In this document: positions 49,258 through 63,530 of the stretch, one piece after another
Layout: each line of letters begins with the position of its first letter
Numbering within the stretch: position 1 is the stretch's first letter
Assembly (NCBI GenBank): GCA_030704615.1
Contig: CM060733.1
Coordinates: forward strand, 49,290,001 to 49,354,000
Direction of reading: 5' to 3'
DNA length: 64,000 nucleotides
DNA from: Takakia lepidozioides
Lineage: Eukaryota > Plantae > Bryophyta
Program-made: the position numbers and the translations under genes
The notes under the pieces: generated by a model
The model's input: the letters and a program-made list of their open reading frames with translations, nothing else
What the model was told of the DNA's origin: nothing
The model's database searches: none

Positions 49258-52200
49258 TCATCCGATGGCTTTAAAGTAATCCTTGCTGAGTTTGGTGTCA
49301 GGCTTCATTGTCTTCTCCCCGGGCTTCCAGCCAGCAGGGCACACCTCATCAGGGTTGGTTTGGACATACTGTACAGCCTGAAACACACATTAAACAGTAT
49401 TAAAGAAATGTTTCTTGGCTACATGCCTCAAACCTTGATTTGGCCTTCCCCAAGTGTCAACCATTAGTTTCAACAACCAGCTCTAGTGCAGCTGGAAGCA
49501 TGGACAGTGCATAGAAAACAGTGAGCATCAAGCATGGCTAATGGCACATTTTTCCATCTAAACATCTCCTCGTAAAGGCTACTTCATCCACCCCAGCATG
49601 AAGCTAGTGAGAAGAATAAGAAAACCTGCCATCAGAAGAGACTGCCTCAAGTGAAAACACTGTCATTCACCGCTCATAGCAAAGCAAGAGTGACGGATAC
49701 TTAGTTTCCTTCATCCAGATAATATTCCAAGAAGCGCATCTAGCACTTGGATGCAGACTGTTTCAGATTAGCCCGTTTACCACTTGACCTCAAGGTACAA
49801 TCTGTTCTCTGTGAGTCTCTCCAAGATAAAAAGCAAACCCTCAAAGGATACCTGCAAGGTGCGGAGAGTTTCCTCAACACTGCGGCCAATAGCAAGGTTG
49901 TTGATGGTAGCATGCTGGATAATCCCCTCCTTGTCTATGATGAACAACCCTCTCAATGCCACCCCCTGCTTCCCCAGAAACATATATGTTATCCATTTCT
50001 CACCATAATGACCATAACTATTCACTGCAACAGTGGTTGATGATGACAGATACTATCCACACTACCAAATACTAACATCGGTAATCTGAAAGAAGAAAAA
50101 ACCAGCAGTAAAATTTTGTTACATGGACTCCCTTGCTTCCAAAAATCTGAAATCAAAGGGAGAGGGAGAGAGGATACGAACAGTACCTGGTCTGGGATCA
50201 GCACATTGTAGGATTTTGCAATCTTCTTTGTCAGGTCGGAAACAATAGGGTAGGCCAAATCACCCAGCCCTCCTGCCTTCCTGTCTGTCTGGATCCAAGC
50301 CAAGTGGGAGAACTGCAACAAACATACACTTGATCAGAAAATCACAACCAGTCTAACAAATGCTAGTTTTCTACCCCTACCTGGAAGACAAATCCTGTTG
50401 AAGATCTCCTTGCCTTGATTGTCAGATAACATCCTTCCAAGTACCCTTCTCTACCTGTTCCAAACATTCTGAATTCTAAGAAAGCAGACAAAAATACAGA
50501 AACTTGCAACCTGCCATTACTTTGAACAGAAGCCATCAATGAAATGTTCAGCAAGTACTACAAATTGAACAAACAACAAAGATGTCATACCACACTGTCA
50601 CAGGAGACCCCAATCACTTCAGTGTTGAGCTTCTCAAACTCGCTATACTTGTCACTGAAGGCAGTAATCTCTGAACAACAACGACCATATGAGAGTGACG
50701 TCAAGAGCACCTCCTGTACAACCGCAAGGGATTCTATCTAATCCAAATTATCAACAGAAACACAACAGCTGGACACACACTAAACTTCCAAGAAAGAAGA
50801 GTGATGGGGCTTGGAAAACATGAGCTGCTATGAATGCATCTGTGACTCTCAAACTAGGGGAGTACTACAGATGGACCATACTCCTCCATCAGTAACAAAG
50901 CTCACGTTGCTTTGACCTTTTAAGGCATAAGTCCACTGCAGGATTGTCCAGTTGGTACATGACTACCTTCAGAGAGCATATGACAGCATTCAAGTTATGC
51001 ACAAAAACAAAAAAATCTATGCAAGAAACACAAGATTGGAGGGCACAAAAGTACCTGTGGGGCAGACAAATGTGAAGTCCAATGGATAAAAGAACAGAAC
51101 CACATACTTCTTTCCAATGTACTCAGAGAGCTTGATCTGCAAATGCAAATGCAAAAAAAAACAATCAACAAAGATTTGCAAAGTCACCACATGCAATAGA
51201 TTACCCACCATCAATACGCAATATTAAACCGGCAGAAGGGGAAGTGGTACAAACAAATCGTCCAATCTCCCAATCACATGGACCTCTGAACAACTGACGA
51301 GTTGTAACAAATGTAGCCAACTCCCTTAACCAAGAGATAATCACATTGGAATATGTGAAGCAGGTTTTGTGACCTGTCAAGCCTGGAACACTGCTGGCCA
51401 TCACATAAGACAACATCTCAATCTTCTCTAATGAGATTATAAGTTACACCACCAGAGAGGTACAAACCTTCAAAAACTCTTGGTCAAACACGGCCTCAGC
51501 TTCGAAGTCAGGGGCCACATTTCCAACAAGGGGCAATTCCGAGGACTGTAACACACCACATACATTTCCACATGAGAGACCAGTATGACTGACAGCTACA
51601 GGATATGAGACATAAGACTGGAGAGGACCTCATTATTATAATGGACTCTGTTGATAAGAGTTCCTGTAAGAAGATACGATCCCCTTAGCCATAAAGTCAG
51701 GGTCTAAAGAAGATGTTAGAAACTTGTTTCCCACATATCTTATCAATTTATCATCCATATTGCCATTAAGCCGGTGTCCTTTCAATAACCTCACCGCGAT
51801 TCTCCCTATCGTCCCAGCATACTACCCCTCTACACTCGATTCTCCCTGTGGCGCAGTAATTTAAAGACGATGCAATGAGAGGTAGACGGAAGTCAATGAA
51901 TCCCAGCAAAATTTCTCTGAAATGCACACGTATCCTGAAGCATTCTTCCTATCTCCGAATGGCCTCGTATACTCATCCACACGAGACACGCCACAGCAAT
52001 ACTTGAAGCAAAATTTTAAAACACCAATGCTGATCTCCACATTCCCCAAATCGAATCTACTACACACCATGGATCACACAACCATGGTCCTCCACATGCC
52101 AAGACACGGAGGAAAGGAACCCGAAGACATTCGCCACAGTTATCATCCTGCTCCGACATAATTGCCTAGCATACATCAAGGGCCGGCACTTACAGCAGAA

Positions 52201-52439
52201 ACCGAAACACTTCGGCGCGATTTGCTATGTGACACTCCGGCTGCTGCACTTCTCTTGGCAAACGAGGTAGAGCGAGTAGCGAGACGGGCATGAAACGTCT
52301 TCCCCAAACCACTGAACGACCGCGGTACAGCAACAAGCGATGTGGTGGAGGTGGTGGATGCCGTGGCCGACGTGGAGAGCCGAGAAACGGCCAATGTGGA
52401 GGCTGCGGAGATGCCTGAGGCTGCACACGCCATCGCCAT
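49258..52439 (-). CDS. BAS1: Chloroplast 2-Cys peroxiredoxin, 7 exons, 281 aa
   Basis: Exons 52439-52194, 51545-51468, 51136-51055, 50670-50591, 50312-50187, 49965-49852 and 49377-49258, all GT-AG and in frame. Ser/Ala/Thr-rich transit peptide; [14 protein letters not shown] and DEVCPAGW; GGLG and terminal YF motifs. Confidence 0.96.
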
Positions 52440-55280
52440 GGCCGCACCAAGCTCCCGATCCCTCGCAGCTCCCGCAACGACGCAAGGACGCAGCAGCGAG
52501 CGAGGCAGCGATGCTCCAGAAGCTTCCGTTGGCGCTGCGCAGGACACGTTCCCAATCCTTTAGGTCACAGGATAATCCGTCGGGGCTACGGCTTATCCTG
52601 CTACCCTCGCTTGGCTACGCACCACCTGCACCGGCTATCCCCGGTGAGCTACGCTACCGGATTTATCGGTTTCCCCTGAGGTCAACCGGAAATCACCAGT
52701 AAAAGCAGTTTATTCATCCATCCATGATAACAATGAATAGTCTGTGTACCATGTGATTCGGGGTTCAAATCCTGTTACCTTGTTATGTGTAGTATTGTCT
52801 GGCTTTGCCTAACTTTTATTTCTTGGAAGCAAAATCCCTACATCTGAGTTTTGCCCATTTTGAGGCCATGGGGACGAAGAATCGCGAAAATAGGAATTCC
52901 AAGATCAAGGCTCACCTTAAATTTGAGCCCTTGCGTAGGAAGAAATAGTGCTTGGCTAGGTTTATCAGCGCTTGGTCTGTTAGGTGTAGGAGCCTCTGTA
53001 TGTTTAGGCCATGGACAATTTTGACTATGGTTCTTTGCTAGACTGTCTAATCGGTGAACCAGCTGTGTTTCTGGCTGCCCATTGTGGCTGCTTTGGGAGG
53101 CTCCCCATGATTGTATTTGCTTTATGGATCTGCCAATTGGTCAATGCCTGAAGGGGTAGGGATCTCCATCAATTGGAAGGGGGCCAACTCAGCATTTGAG
53201 GCCATTTTGGCACCCCTAACCTGCCCAAGTTGCTGACATGGCAACTGCGGTCAGGTTAGGGTGAATGAATGATACCCCATAAAGGGATGGGCGGCATGCT
53301 TCCCCCAACCCATTGATTGCCCCCCGTGGGAATGGCTGCCTGCGCAGGTTGGGTATTCCTAGGCCCGCATCCTAACCTGAGATCGACGGAGATGGCTGCT
53401 CCAACCAACACGATGGGCTCATAGCAGGGCGGGCTGGAGGAGTGCAGCCGCGATGGCGGGAGAGCTCGCGGCTCAAGAAAATCTCGGGTGGGCCAAACCT
53501 AGTCTCAGGGGGTTTGATAGGGTTGCGGGTGGAGTGGCCCCCCATGAAAGCAGGGCCGGGTAGCCATAGGAGCTCCCAAACCCCGCGCCCTTCTGGGCTA
53601 TGGCTCCAAATATCCTAGGCCTGCAGGCTATACCAAAGGTGTGCCATTTGAAGTCTTGGGCAGGGAACCTAAGGATGCGGTGCATTGGCTGATTGGCCTC
53701 AAAGTTTTTCGGGGACTTCATATGGAAGCCCATGACATTTCAACCCGAGGGATTAGGGATTGACCGGCTGAAGTTTTTGGTATAATTTTAGGAAGAGAGA
53801 TTTTGGCCTGCCCAAAGAAAATGGCATATTTTGACCCCCCAATTTGTAACTACAAAGGAGCCCACTTGAGAACATTTCAGAAAAAACTGAAATTTTATGA
53901 GAATGTGTGTTATCAGGTATGGAACAACATTCTTGAGACTCTCAACCAGAAAAATTAAAAATGCCCAAATGCGAGCAAAAAACTGCTATTTTTTCCACCT
54001 AGTTCTTAGTGGAGATTTTTTTTTTGTCCCCACTCTACACTTTATAATCTTCAGATCTGGCAGTTGGATTTTGGTGAAACTTTTTGTGGTAGGAGGTGGG
54101 GTAGGTGGGAAGTAATTCCAACAGTCAGTTTTACAGGGACACGGAGATTCTCTAGATAATTTTTTTTTTTGGGCCAGGGTCATGTTTTGCCACGAGAGGG
54201 TGAAAATGAGTTTTGACACTTGAGGGTTAAACTGGTGAATGAAGGGCTGAGAACTGGTGAAAGCCCTTGCTCCAGTCCTTTACCGAGCGTGAAAAACATT
54301 CAAATTTGAACTAGCGATCCCGTAAGCTCCTTGCCAACCTGGCACGGGCGCTCCGCATTGTAACGCACAGGGCTTGCTTACGTACGCCCCGCGTCTTACA
54401 CAGCGGTAGGCGTTGCTGCTCGACCTTTCCAGCACGTTAAGGGTTTTGAGTGTTCATGTGTCACGTGTCATATTATCATTGGAACAGCAAAGCAAAACAA
54501 CGCATTATGAACCGTAATCTGCACTTAGGGCGCATTACGTCCGTTATGTGCAGACTAACATGGACACGGGAATATAATGAATATTATTAGTCTATTTAAT
54601 GTTGTAATAAACACCCAAAATCCTTCAAAACGCATTACTAGGCTTACGCCCTATAAGGCCACGCAAAATACACCAAAAAAATTTGAAGCGTTTTATATGT
54701 CCATTTAGAAAGTTACAGGATCCACATAATATAGGTGCGTTTGGGCAAGGAAGTGTATCCTCTAATGGCTACTATTGGAAGATGTCAAAATCACAATAGT
54801 AATGAAGGACCAACGAAATATATAATTTATCAAGTAGGGTCGTAGAAGTTAACACAAAAAAATTGGTATATTATTGCACAAATAGTAAATTAACAGTGAT
54901 GTAAAGTTCTCAAAACAAAGAAAAAATCACAACTCTAGTATAGTAAACTAGAGAATGAGAGCTTCGGCTACTCGTGGGGGCATAAGTGTCTCCCCCATTT
55001 GCGACCCTCAAGTGAAAACCCCTTTAGTTGAGGCAATCAGGAGGCAATCTCAAATAGTTCCTCACGTTTGGTTGCTTTCCAGCTTGCTCAATTGCAGCTT
55101 CACTAGCACCATTCTCGGGGGTACTACTATTGTTGGACTGGTATCATATTTTAAACATACTAGGTTGGCATTGGTATAGAGGCCTTCGTTTGATTGCCAT
55201 ACCAGGGAAGCAATGATATTGTGAAAAATCTGATATTTGAATATCATGGTGGTATCAGTAATACATTATCGGCGTAGTGT

Positions 55281-56341
55281 TTGTTTTTTTTTTGGTTAAG
55301 AGAAAGGGGATAGAGGCCCTTTTAATCAAATTAATTTAAAGAAGGTTTCACAAAGGTGGAAAAAATAACCACCAAGGGAGGCCATGGAGGCTAACAGAGG
55401 GGGAACTTCCCCATGACCCTAGCAAACCTACCAAGTAGAGAGCGAAAGCACGATTCTAGAACTGAGCAGAGAGAGTGTCGGAGCAGCAAAGCAAGACGCA
55501 AAACCAAGGGGTAACTATGGTAGAAAGTGGAGAGAGATGCGACAGAAGCTAAGAGTAGAGATTAACAGAAGCAATGATTTCTAAATAATAAGAAAGGCCT
55601 GAGGTGTAAGGCCCGGGGCTGGGGATATGAGTTGGGAAAGTATTGGGGTTAGACTCTGCAGCAGTCATGTTGATGTGAGATAATGTACTATCGCTGCAAA
55701 AGGAGCTAAGTGGAGTTGAGGCAACAAAGCAATTCGCCAGTATCAGAACTTGAGCTGAGCTCTGAATTTTGGATCTCTCGTCTTCTTGTGTCGCCAATTA
55801 AAATCTAAGTCATCCCCTTCACTAGGGGACTTTCCCATTGGGGGGGGGACTGATTGCTTCCAAGCAAAGCGCATGTTGGGAAGACCGAGCCGAACAAGTT
55901 GTGTTTGCCCCGGGAGTCAGAGAAATTTTGAAGCAGCTTCCTCCCCCACTGTTCCGAAGTTCTGGGAATAGATGCACATACAGCAAACCAGGCTTTCCTC
56001 TCCTCAGTGAGCAGATCATGGTAAATATGAAACAAAATTGACCTTTGGCCTGGGGAGTTTCCCCTCAAAAACCCAAGTACATCTGCTTTTCCACAAGTTT
56101 CACATAGTGATAGCTCTAAGAGATGCCCAAACTGGGCACACATTATGGGGTTGACCCTGTATGAAGTTCAGCAGAAGCAGAGATGGAGGAGGACTAGGGG
56201 ATGGGAAATAGTCCCAGTGAAAGTAGAAAGTGAGGACTTCTTTCCAGATTCTACCAGACAGGTTGCAAAGCAGCAAGCAATGTTAATCTATCGATTCCGA
56301 TTCTGTCAGGTAGAGGGTGCAGACTGGGTTATCCTCATGAG
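55281..56341 (-). mobile_element. L1-type LINE 3' remnant with poly(A) end
   Basis: Minus strand at ~56330-56230 reads DNPVCTLYLTESESID*HCLLLCNLSGRIWKEV (zf-RVT-like). The T-run at 55281-55293 is a poly(A) tail. Confidence 0.78.
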
Positions 56342-56859
56342 TATCAAGGACGAGAACACGACTGGACACAAACAAGAGATCAGACTAGAGATGCAAGACT
56401 AGACAAGAAGCCAAGGTCGGTGTGGCCGAATACATGATGGGTAAACAGGAATCAAGATGAACTTTATAACAATGACAAGAGTACAAGATACTGGAACTGG
56501 AAACAAGAATAGCTGAACTTGTGTTGGCGAGACTGAGAGTGTCCAGTCTCGCCTTCTATATATATTAGCTACTAGGAAGTTCCTTAAGAAGCTTCTCTAA
56601 TGGAGGTTTCTTGTCGATGGAAAAGTTTCCTTAAACAAATGAGGTTTGTTGATGGAGAAGTTCTTCTTGATGGGGAAGTTTCTTCCAAATGGAGCTTCTT
56701 GAGCAGTTTCCCAAGTTACCCTCGATAATTTGATAAACTCCCAGTATCTTGGTAATTCATAGTAATCTACGGCAATTTTTTGTAACTTGGTAACTCCTGA
56801 TAACTCGATAACTTTTGGAAATTATTCTCAGTAAGTTATTCTTGGCTATGTCTGTGACA
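56342..56859 (-). repeat. 3' LTR of element C
   Basis: Starts TGTCACAGACATAGCC; homologous to 62851-63380. Confidence 0.9.
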
Positions 56860-57549
56860 TCACCCCCTCCTCTAGCGCCGAGTTCCTCGAGGAGCGGTAA
56901 AATCTTGGACTTGCTTAGAGTTGAAGGAAATCCAAAATTCGGCGAATGGTAATTGTCATGTATTCGGCTCTTCGTTCTTGACTCAAATGATTGATAGGTC
57001 CCTGCAACTATCGATATTGTCCAACACCTTGAACTTGAGACCACGCAGTGATTTGAGCATTCTGACCTTCGAAGCTGCCTTCAAACATGATTTAGTTGTC
57101 TTCTGGGTTCGAAGCCTCAACCTCCAACAGGATTATCAGACTTCGAGTATCCACTTGTCATCGTACGGGGTCCAGACGAGGAAGTACGCATCGCATTGGT
57201 GGTCCGTCGTCTCGAGGGCGTCGAGATGATGTTGAAGGTTGTGAAAGTCGGAACGGCTGGTCTGGTAGTTGGGTAAGCGACAACTCCAATGTATCCGATT
57301 CATGTGACTTCATGCTGCCAATAGAAGATGCAAGAGTGTTGGAAGTGTAGCTATATATATTGATGTGAGGTGCTCCTCCCTCCTTAGCGTGTATCAGGTA
57401 CACTAAATGTGGAGTCTTCACCTTGAAGCTAACTTGGCTGACATCATCGTTGTGACGTCTTATTGACGTGTAGCTCAAGGCTTAGCTGAATATCGTTGAT
57501 GAAACTCTTGGACTTTGTCAGATGCATTAGCGAGGTTAGATGAAGGTTA

Positions 57550-60500
57550 TCATGTTTGTTCGTTAATGTCGTAGCTTTTCCAATGTATAAAGTACTTGAG
57601 TCGTCCACGCTTGATGCGAGAGTCCAGGACTTCGTCGACTTTATACTCGGTTTCATACTTGACTTCAATTGATGGAGGTGGTACCGAAACTCTCCTTGGA
57701 ATATTCGATGGATGATGCAACTTCAATAATGAAACATGAAAGACTGGATGGATGCGCATACTTCGTGGGAGTTCAAGCCGAAAACTGACCGGATTTATTT
57801 GACGAATAATTTTGAATGGTCCCAAGCATTGATAATCCAACTTCCTTGATGGTCGCGAGGTTTGTATGTCCCGTCAAATAAGCCATACACGATCTCCGAC
57901 CTTGAACTGAGGTTGAGGTTGTCGATGTTGATCTGCATACTCATTGTATTATTTTTTAGCTTCTACGAGGTGGAATGTAAGCTCTTTGTGAATCGTAGTA
58001 AGATGAGTAGCAAGGTTTTCTGCAACAGGGCTTCCAACAATCTTCATGTGGAAAGGGTTTGCTCGAGGATGATGACCATAATTGGAGAAAAATTGAGTTT
58101 GATTGGTCGAAGAATGTATAGTGTTGTTGTAGGCAAACTCAGCCAATGGCAGAATATTCGTCCAATTATCTTGGTGATAATTTATCGTACAGCAAAGATA
58201 CTGCTCCAAAATCCGGTTTACGCGTTTGGTCAGACCATCAGTCTGTAGATGATTAATTGTAAAGAAATTGATCTTAGTATCCAATTTGTGAAATAACCCC
58301 TCCAGAAATTTGATATGAATTGTGGTCATCGATCAGATACGATGTCCTTCGGGAGTCCATGAATGCGGTAGATATTATTGAGGAATAATCTTGCAGTTTC
58401 CTCGCATGTAACCGTCTTATTACATGGAATGAAATGTGTCATATTCATAAAACGATCCACAATAACAAGGATTGAATCGGTGGTATTGGAAATTGGAAGG
58501 TCCATAATAAAGTTCATAGACAATGACGACCATGGACCCTTGGGAATGGGTAATGGTTGAAGAAGGTCGTAAGGTCGATGTCGTGGTCATTTCGCTCTAG
58601 CACACGTGTCGCAAGATTTTATAAATTCTTTCATCAGTTTCCACATCGGCGGCCATCAACAGTCCCTGGATATCAATTCCATTGTTTTGTTGAAGCCAAA
58701 ATGTCCTACAACCGGAAAGTCATGACATGTTTGAAGAATTCAAAGTCGTGTAGGTCCTGGAGGTACATAGAGAAGTCATTTGAAATAAAGTAAGTCATCT
58801 TTGAACTCGAAATCGTTTGTAATATGTGGGTGGTCTGGAGGTTGATTCAGTTGACTTCGTAGTGTTTTAGCAAATGGGTCAATTTTCAGTACTTCCTGAA
58901 TCTCTCTTATGATCGTTGTCTCGTCATAGGTAGACATGGATAACGTATTCACTACAACAGATCGCGGTAATTATGACTGTCAAATCGTGATAATCATGGT
59001 TTTCTTGACTTTGACCATGACTACACCATGTTTTTATATAAAATTGACCTCCCGCAGTCGTTCATACGACTGTAGTCATATAAACGACTATCTAAGTAGT
59101 CGTCTGTATGACTACATGACTCCGGAATGGACGAAAGGCTGGTCAACGGCAATTGACCAGATTTAGCTCACCACTGATAGTCATTTCCATGACTACAATG
59201 TACATGGATGAGGTTACATAGTCATGATGACTACTGAGGATTTTGTAATTTGGTGTGTATAATACAATTAAAATACCATATGATCATATGAATGACTAAT
59301 GGGTATATTGGTTAGCAGGTAGTGAACTATAACTCTTATAGTAAAGAGGTTGGAGATTCAAACTCCTCTAAGTACAATCAAATGGACAAGATGGCCTTAG
59401 GGTTAGTAGGCGAGCTAGGGATAGCACGTGGCACCTTAGATGGGCTGCCACGTGGTTTTTTTTCATTATTATAAAAAATATTATGCCACGTGACACAACG
59501 CGGTATGACGTGGCGTCTGACATTTTTTATTTTTATTTTTATTTTTTTTTGAAAAAAAAATCAATTGTGCCTCGCCACGTGGCGCGGCAGCGGCGATTGC
59601 AGTACGGTATATATGATTGCAGTGAGAGATATCACTTGGTTTATTTGACTGTAGTCATCCGGACCGTACCACCCTGTACTCATTGTATTGACTTGGTTTG
59701 CACGACTTACAGTCATAGAAGTCATATGTACCATTTATGACTGTAGAATAGTCATATATACAGTCATACATACCGCGATCTGTTGTAGTGATTCCATTGG
59801 AGATTTGTTGGTTTCAAGATGATGGATTTCTGTTAGTCGAAAGTTGTCTCCCCTTCTTGTGGTGCAAGAGACGATTGTCGAGAAAGAGCATCTAGTTTCC
59901 CTTGAAGATGTCCGAGACGATAGGTAGTAACAAAATCAAACTTTGCTAGTGATATACCTCATCTTGCTTGACGTCGATTTAAAACACGAGCACTCATAAA
60001 ATATTCGAGGTTTTTGTGATCGGTGTAGACAGTGATATGATGTTTATCACCTTCTAATAGATGACGTCACTCCTCAAAAGCATCGATAATGATCGCTAAA
60101 AGTTTTTTGTCATGGATTTTATAATTGATTTTTGCAGCAGAAAATTTCCAAGAGCAAAAACCAACAGGGCGAAGTCGGTCATCCGCGTCAAGTGCAAAGT
60201 CTGATGCATCTGCTTCCAAGAAGAATAGTTTGGATGGGTCTGCATATACCAGAATTGGGACCGTTATAAATGTCTACTTTAGTATTTCAAATGCATGGTC
60301 AGCCTTCTCGTCCCATACAAACTTGTCTTTCCCTGTGAGTTGTGTCAATGATGCAGCAACTTTGGAGTAGTCTTTGATGAAGATCATGTAAAAATTTGCA
60401 AACCCTAAAAACATTGTACATCTCGAACCAAAGTTAGTTTAATCCACTCGATGATGGTTTGTATTTTCATCTGATCCATAAAGACACATTTGTCAGAAAT

Positions 60501-62812
60501 AATGTAGCCCAAAAATTCGATCTCAGATTGATGGAAAAGACATTTTTCCAACTTGACATATAGTCCTCTTTTTTCTCAATTTATCAAGGACAAGGCGTAC
60601 ATGGCGGCCATGTTCTTCTTCATTATATGAAAATATGAAAATGTCATCCAAATAGATGACTACAAAATCATCTAAAAATTCTCGAAATATGTCATTCATC
60701 ATATGTTGGAAAATTGCTGGAGCATTTGTAAGGCCGAAAGGCATAACAGTGTATTCAAAATGTTCATACCTTGTTCAAAAAGTTGTTTTCCATTCGTCTC
60801 ATTCTATTACCTGTACAAGGTTATAAGCTCATCTCAAGTCGATTTTGGTGAACATCTTCGCTCGTCCCAGCTGATCGAAAAGCCCATAAATCAGTAAAAC
60901 GGATAACGATTTTTAATTGTGACTTTGTTGATACCGCAATAGTCTACACACATGCGTAACGATCCGTTATTCTTTTACACAAACAAGATAGGCACCCCTG
61001 CAGGTGATTTTGAATATCGGATGAAATTCTTCGACAAATTGTCATCAATGTATTTGCGTAATGCAGCCAACTCCGTCTGGGATAAGTTATAGATTGGGCT
61101 GAATGGAGGTTGGGTTCCTTCTTGCAACTCAATTGCACAATCATAAGGTTGATGTTCTAGCAACTTGTATGCATTTTTCTTCTCGAAGACATCCTCAAAA
61201 TCTTGATATTGAGTGGGTAATGTTGAAATACCTTTGTCTGTTGTAGTCTTGATCGGAGTCGGATAAAGTGTAAATGCCGCATCTTTTTTTGTAGCTCTCA
61301 TGAAGGCTCTAACTTCAAAAAATAGAAGTTGAATACCCTTGATACTTCTGTATTTTTGTCTTATAGAAATTTTTCGCGATCGCCAGTCGATGTCAGGATT
61401 GTGAAGTATGAACCAGGGAAGTCCAAAGATCACATAATTCACTGGAGACTGGATGATGTTGAAAGCAATATGTGATGCTTGATCCTTAAGCTTCACGTCA
61501 AGTGATCGAGTTTTATGGTCAACGTTTCCCGATGCTAACGGTCATCCATCGATGACTTCAACAGGGGTCGGAAATTTCTTTTATACGAGCATTAAATTGT
61601 GTTGTTTCGCAAAGTCTTTGTCAATAAAACACGCTGAAGCGTCAGAGTCCGAAAGTGCTTCTGCGGAGATATCTTGATTTTGTATCTGATATTGTGAAAC
61701 AAGATGCAAGGTCTGGAGGTAGAAAGAGACTATTTTTAGGTGAAGAATTGGTGGTGTCCAGCCGCGTGGTCCCTACTGTGACTAGACATCTTCATTTTCC
61801 GACCTCCTCGTATCGAACAATGGGGTTGCACCCCGAGCTTTGAATCTTCTCTTGTTAGGGTAGTTTAATGCAATATGATCTTCTTCTCCGCAATAGAGAC
61901 ATAATCCATTTGAGCGTCGTCGTTGTTTTTCTTGTTGCGTCAATGGCTTGAATCGGACAGCATCAATCTGCATATGATTACTACCGGATGTCTGATGGAT
62001 CGTTGTGTTTGGTATCGTAGTAGCAGCGGCATGGTGCGTCGTCGACCATCCAGATCGCTTCTTTTTACGTCTTTCGAACAAACGATTATCGCATGCAATG
62101 ACTTGGGTGATGAATTCGCTCAGTGTACCCACATTTGGAATTGTCAGCAACAAGTCTTTTACATCCTCTTTTAGCCCACATCGAAACTGACTATTAAGGC
62201 TCTTCTCATTCCAGTCGAGGTCGCACGCAAGTTGTCAAAATTCGGAAGCATAAACGGAAGCAAGACGCGCTCTTTGTCATAGGTTTCGCATCTTTGTCTT
62301 TGCAACTCTTTCTCTATCATTCTCTCCAAACGTTGCAGTGAACTCGGACATGAACGCTTCAAAATTGTATAGTAAATGTGGATTTTTCTCTAATAGTGGT
62401 GCAAACCAAGATAGGGCAATGCCTGATAGAATGGTGCCCACGAATCCCACTTGAATATCTTCATCAGGGTAGCGTTGTGGATGTCGTCGTAGGAACAATC
62501 GTACTTTTTGAACAAAATCGTCAAATCTTGATCTCGTTCCATCAAATTTCTCGGGCATGCTGACCTTTGGTTCTCTCGTAATCTGTTGAAGGTTTGGAGG
62601 AACGTTGCAGTAGGAGCTGTTGCAATAGAGACTCATATGGTTGAAGATCCATTGTTCGACTCCTTCAACTCTGAAATTTGCAAATTGTTGAGAGCGTTGC
62701 CAAGATCTTGAGACTGATCGGCTTGTAGTTGGGCAGTAGAAGTACGAAGTTCTTGCATTTGGAGCTGGAGACCTTGCAAAGTAACGACCATTCCCGCAAA
62801 TTTGTCTTCCAT
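57550..62812 (-). pseudogene. gag-pol: Element C gag-pol with chromodomain
   Basis: Gag PEKFDGTRSRF..ALSWFAPL; knuckle CLYCGEEDH; RT MPFGLTNAPA..YLDDI; integrase SMNFIMDLP..IVSDR..QTDGLTKRVN; LGPF; chromodomain [25 protein letters not shown]. Many stops. Confidence 0.93.
58950..59790. mobile_element. Non-autonomous CACTA element (841 bp) inside element C pol
   Basis: Perfect 20-bp TIR CACTACAACAGATCGCGGTA, 3-bp TSD ATT, ATGACT-type subterminal repeats. Confidence 0.95.
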
Positions 62813-62850
62813 CTTAACTAGCTAAGGAACAAACTTTAGTTTCGCCAAAC

Positions 62851-63380
62851 TGGCAAGGATGAGAATACAACTAGACACAAATAAGAAATCAGACTAGAGA
62901 TACTAGACAAGAAGCCAAGGTTGGTGTGGCCGAATATATGATGGGTAAACAGGAATGAAGAAGAACTTTATAACAATGACAAGAGTACAAGATACTGGAA
63001 CTGGAAACAAGAGTAGCTGAATTTGTGTTGGCGAGTCTCGCCTTCTATATATATTAGCTATTAGGAAGTTCATTAAGAAGCTACCCCAATGGAGGTTTCT
63101 TGTCGATGGAGAAGTTTCCTTAAACAAAAGAGGTTTCTTGATGGAGAAGTTTCCTTAAACAAATGAGGTTTCTTGATGGAGAAGTTCATTTAAACAAATG
63201 AGGTTTCTTGATGGGGAAGTTTTTCCAAATGGAGCTTCCTGAGCAGTTACCCTCGATAATTTGGTAAACTCCCGGTAACTTGATAATTCATGGTAATCCA
63301 CGGTAACTTTCGATAACTCGGTAACTCAGTAACTTCTGGAAGTTATTCTCGATAAGTTCTTCTTGGCTATGTCCGTGACA
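62851..63380 (-). repeat. 5' LTR of element C
   Basis: Starts TGTCACGGACATAGCC; ~35-bp internal tandem repeats at 63092-63230. Confidence 0.9.
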
Positions 63381-63385
63381 ATGAG

Positions 63386-63530
63386 TGTGTTGTCTGATAG
63401 GTAGAATTCAATGAGTGAGCTTCTAGAGAAAGCCTGAGAGCTTAGCAGATCTGTCATTTCTCCAGATGTCATTCCATATTTTGTTCCATGTTCCCTGACC
63501 AGCAAGTGTTTTGTTGGTATCAATAGCAAA
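63386..63530 (-). mobile_element. Upstream continuation of the L1 LINE remnant
   Basis: Reads GTWNKIWNDIWRNDRSAKLSGFL*KLTH*ILPIRQHTH and joins in frame across the TSD to EDNPVC. Confidence 0.78.

Larger units (their letters stand above)
56342..63380 (-). mobile_element. Ty3/Gypsy chromovirus, Tcn1-like (element C), decayed
   Basis: TSD ATGAG at 56337-56341 and 63381-63385. LTRs 63380-62851 and 56859-56342. PPT GAGGAGGGGG just before 56859. Confidence 0.93.

Noticed and set aside
52440-52547. N-terminal extension of the Prx ORF from the ORF track
   Set aside because: Starts at a non-ATG codon. The first ATG at 52439 has good context and gives a typical transit peptide.
52740-52780. tRNA gene (GGTTCAAATCC B-box-like)
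   Set aside because: No A-box or cloverleaf that I can fold; at most a degenerate fragment.
54755-55265. Possible solo LTR (TG...CA bounded)
   Set aside because: No TSD and no second copy in the window.
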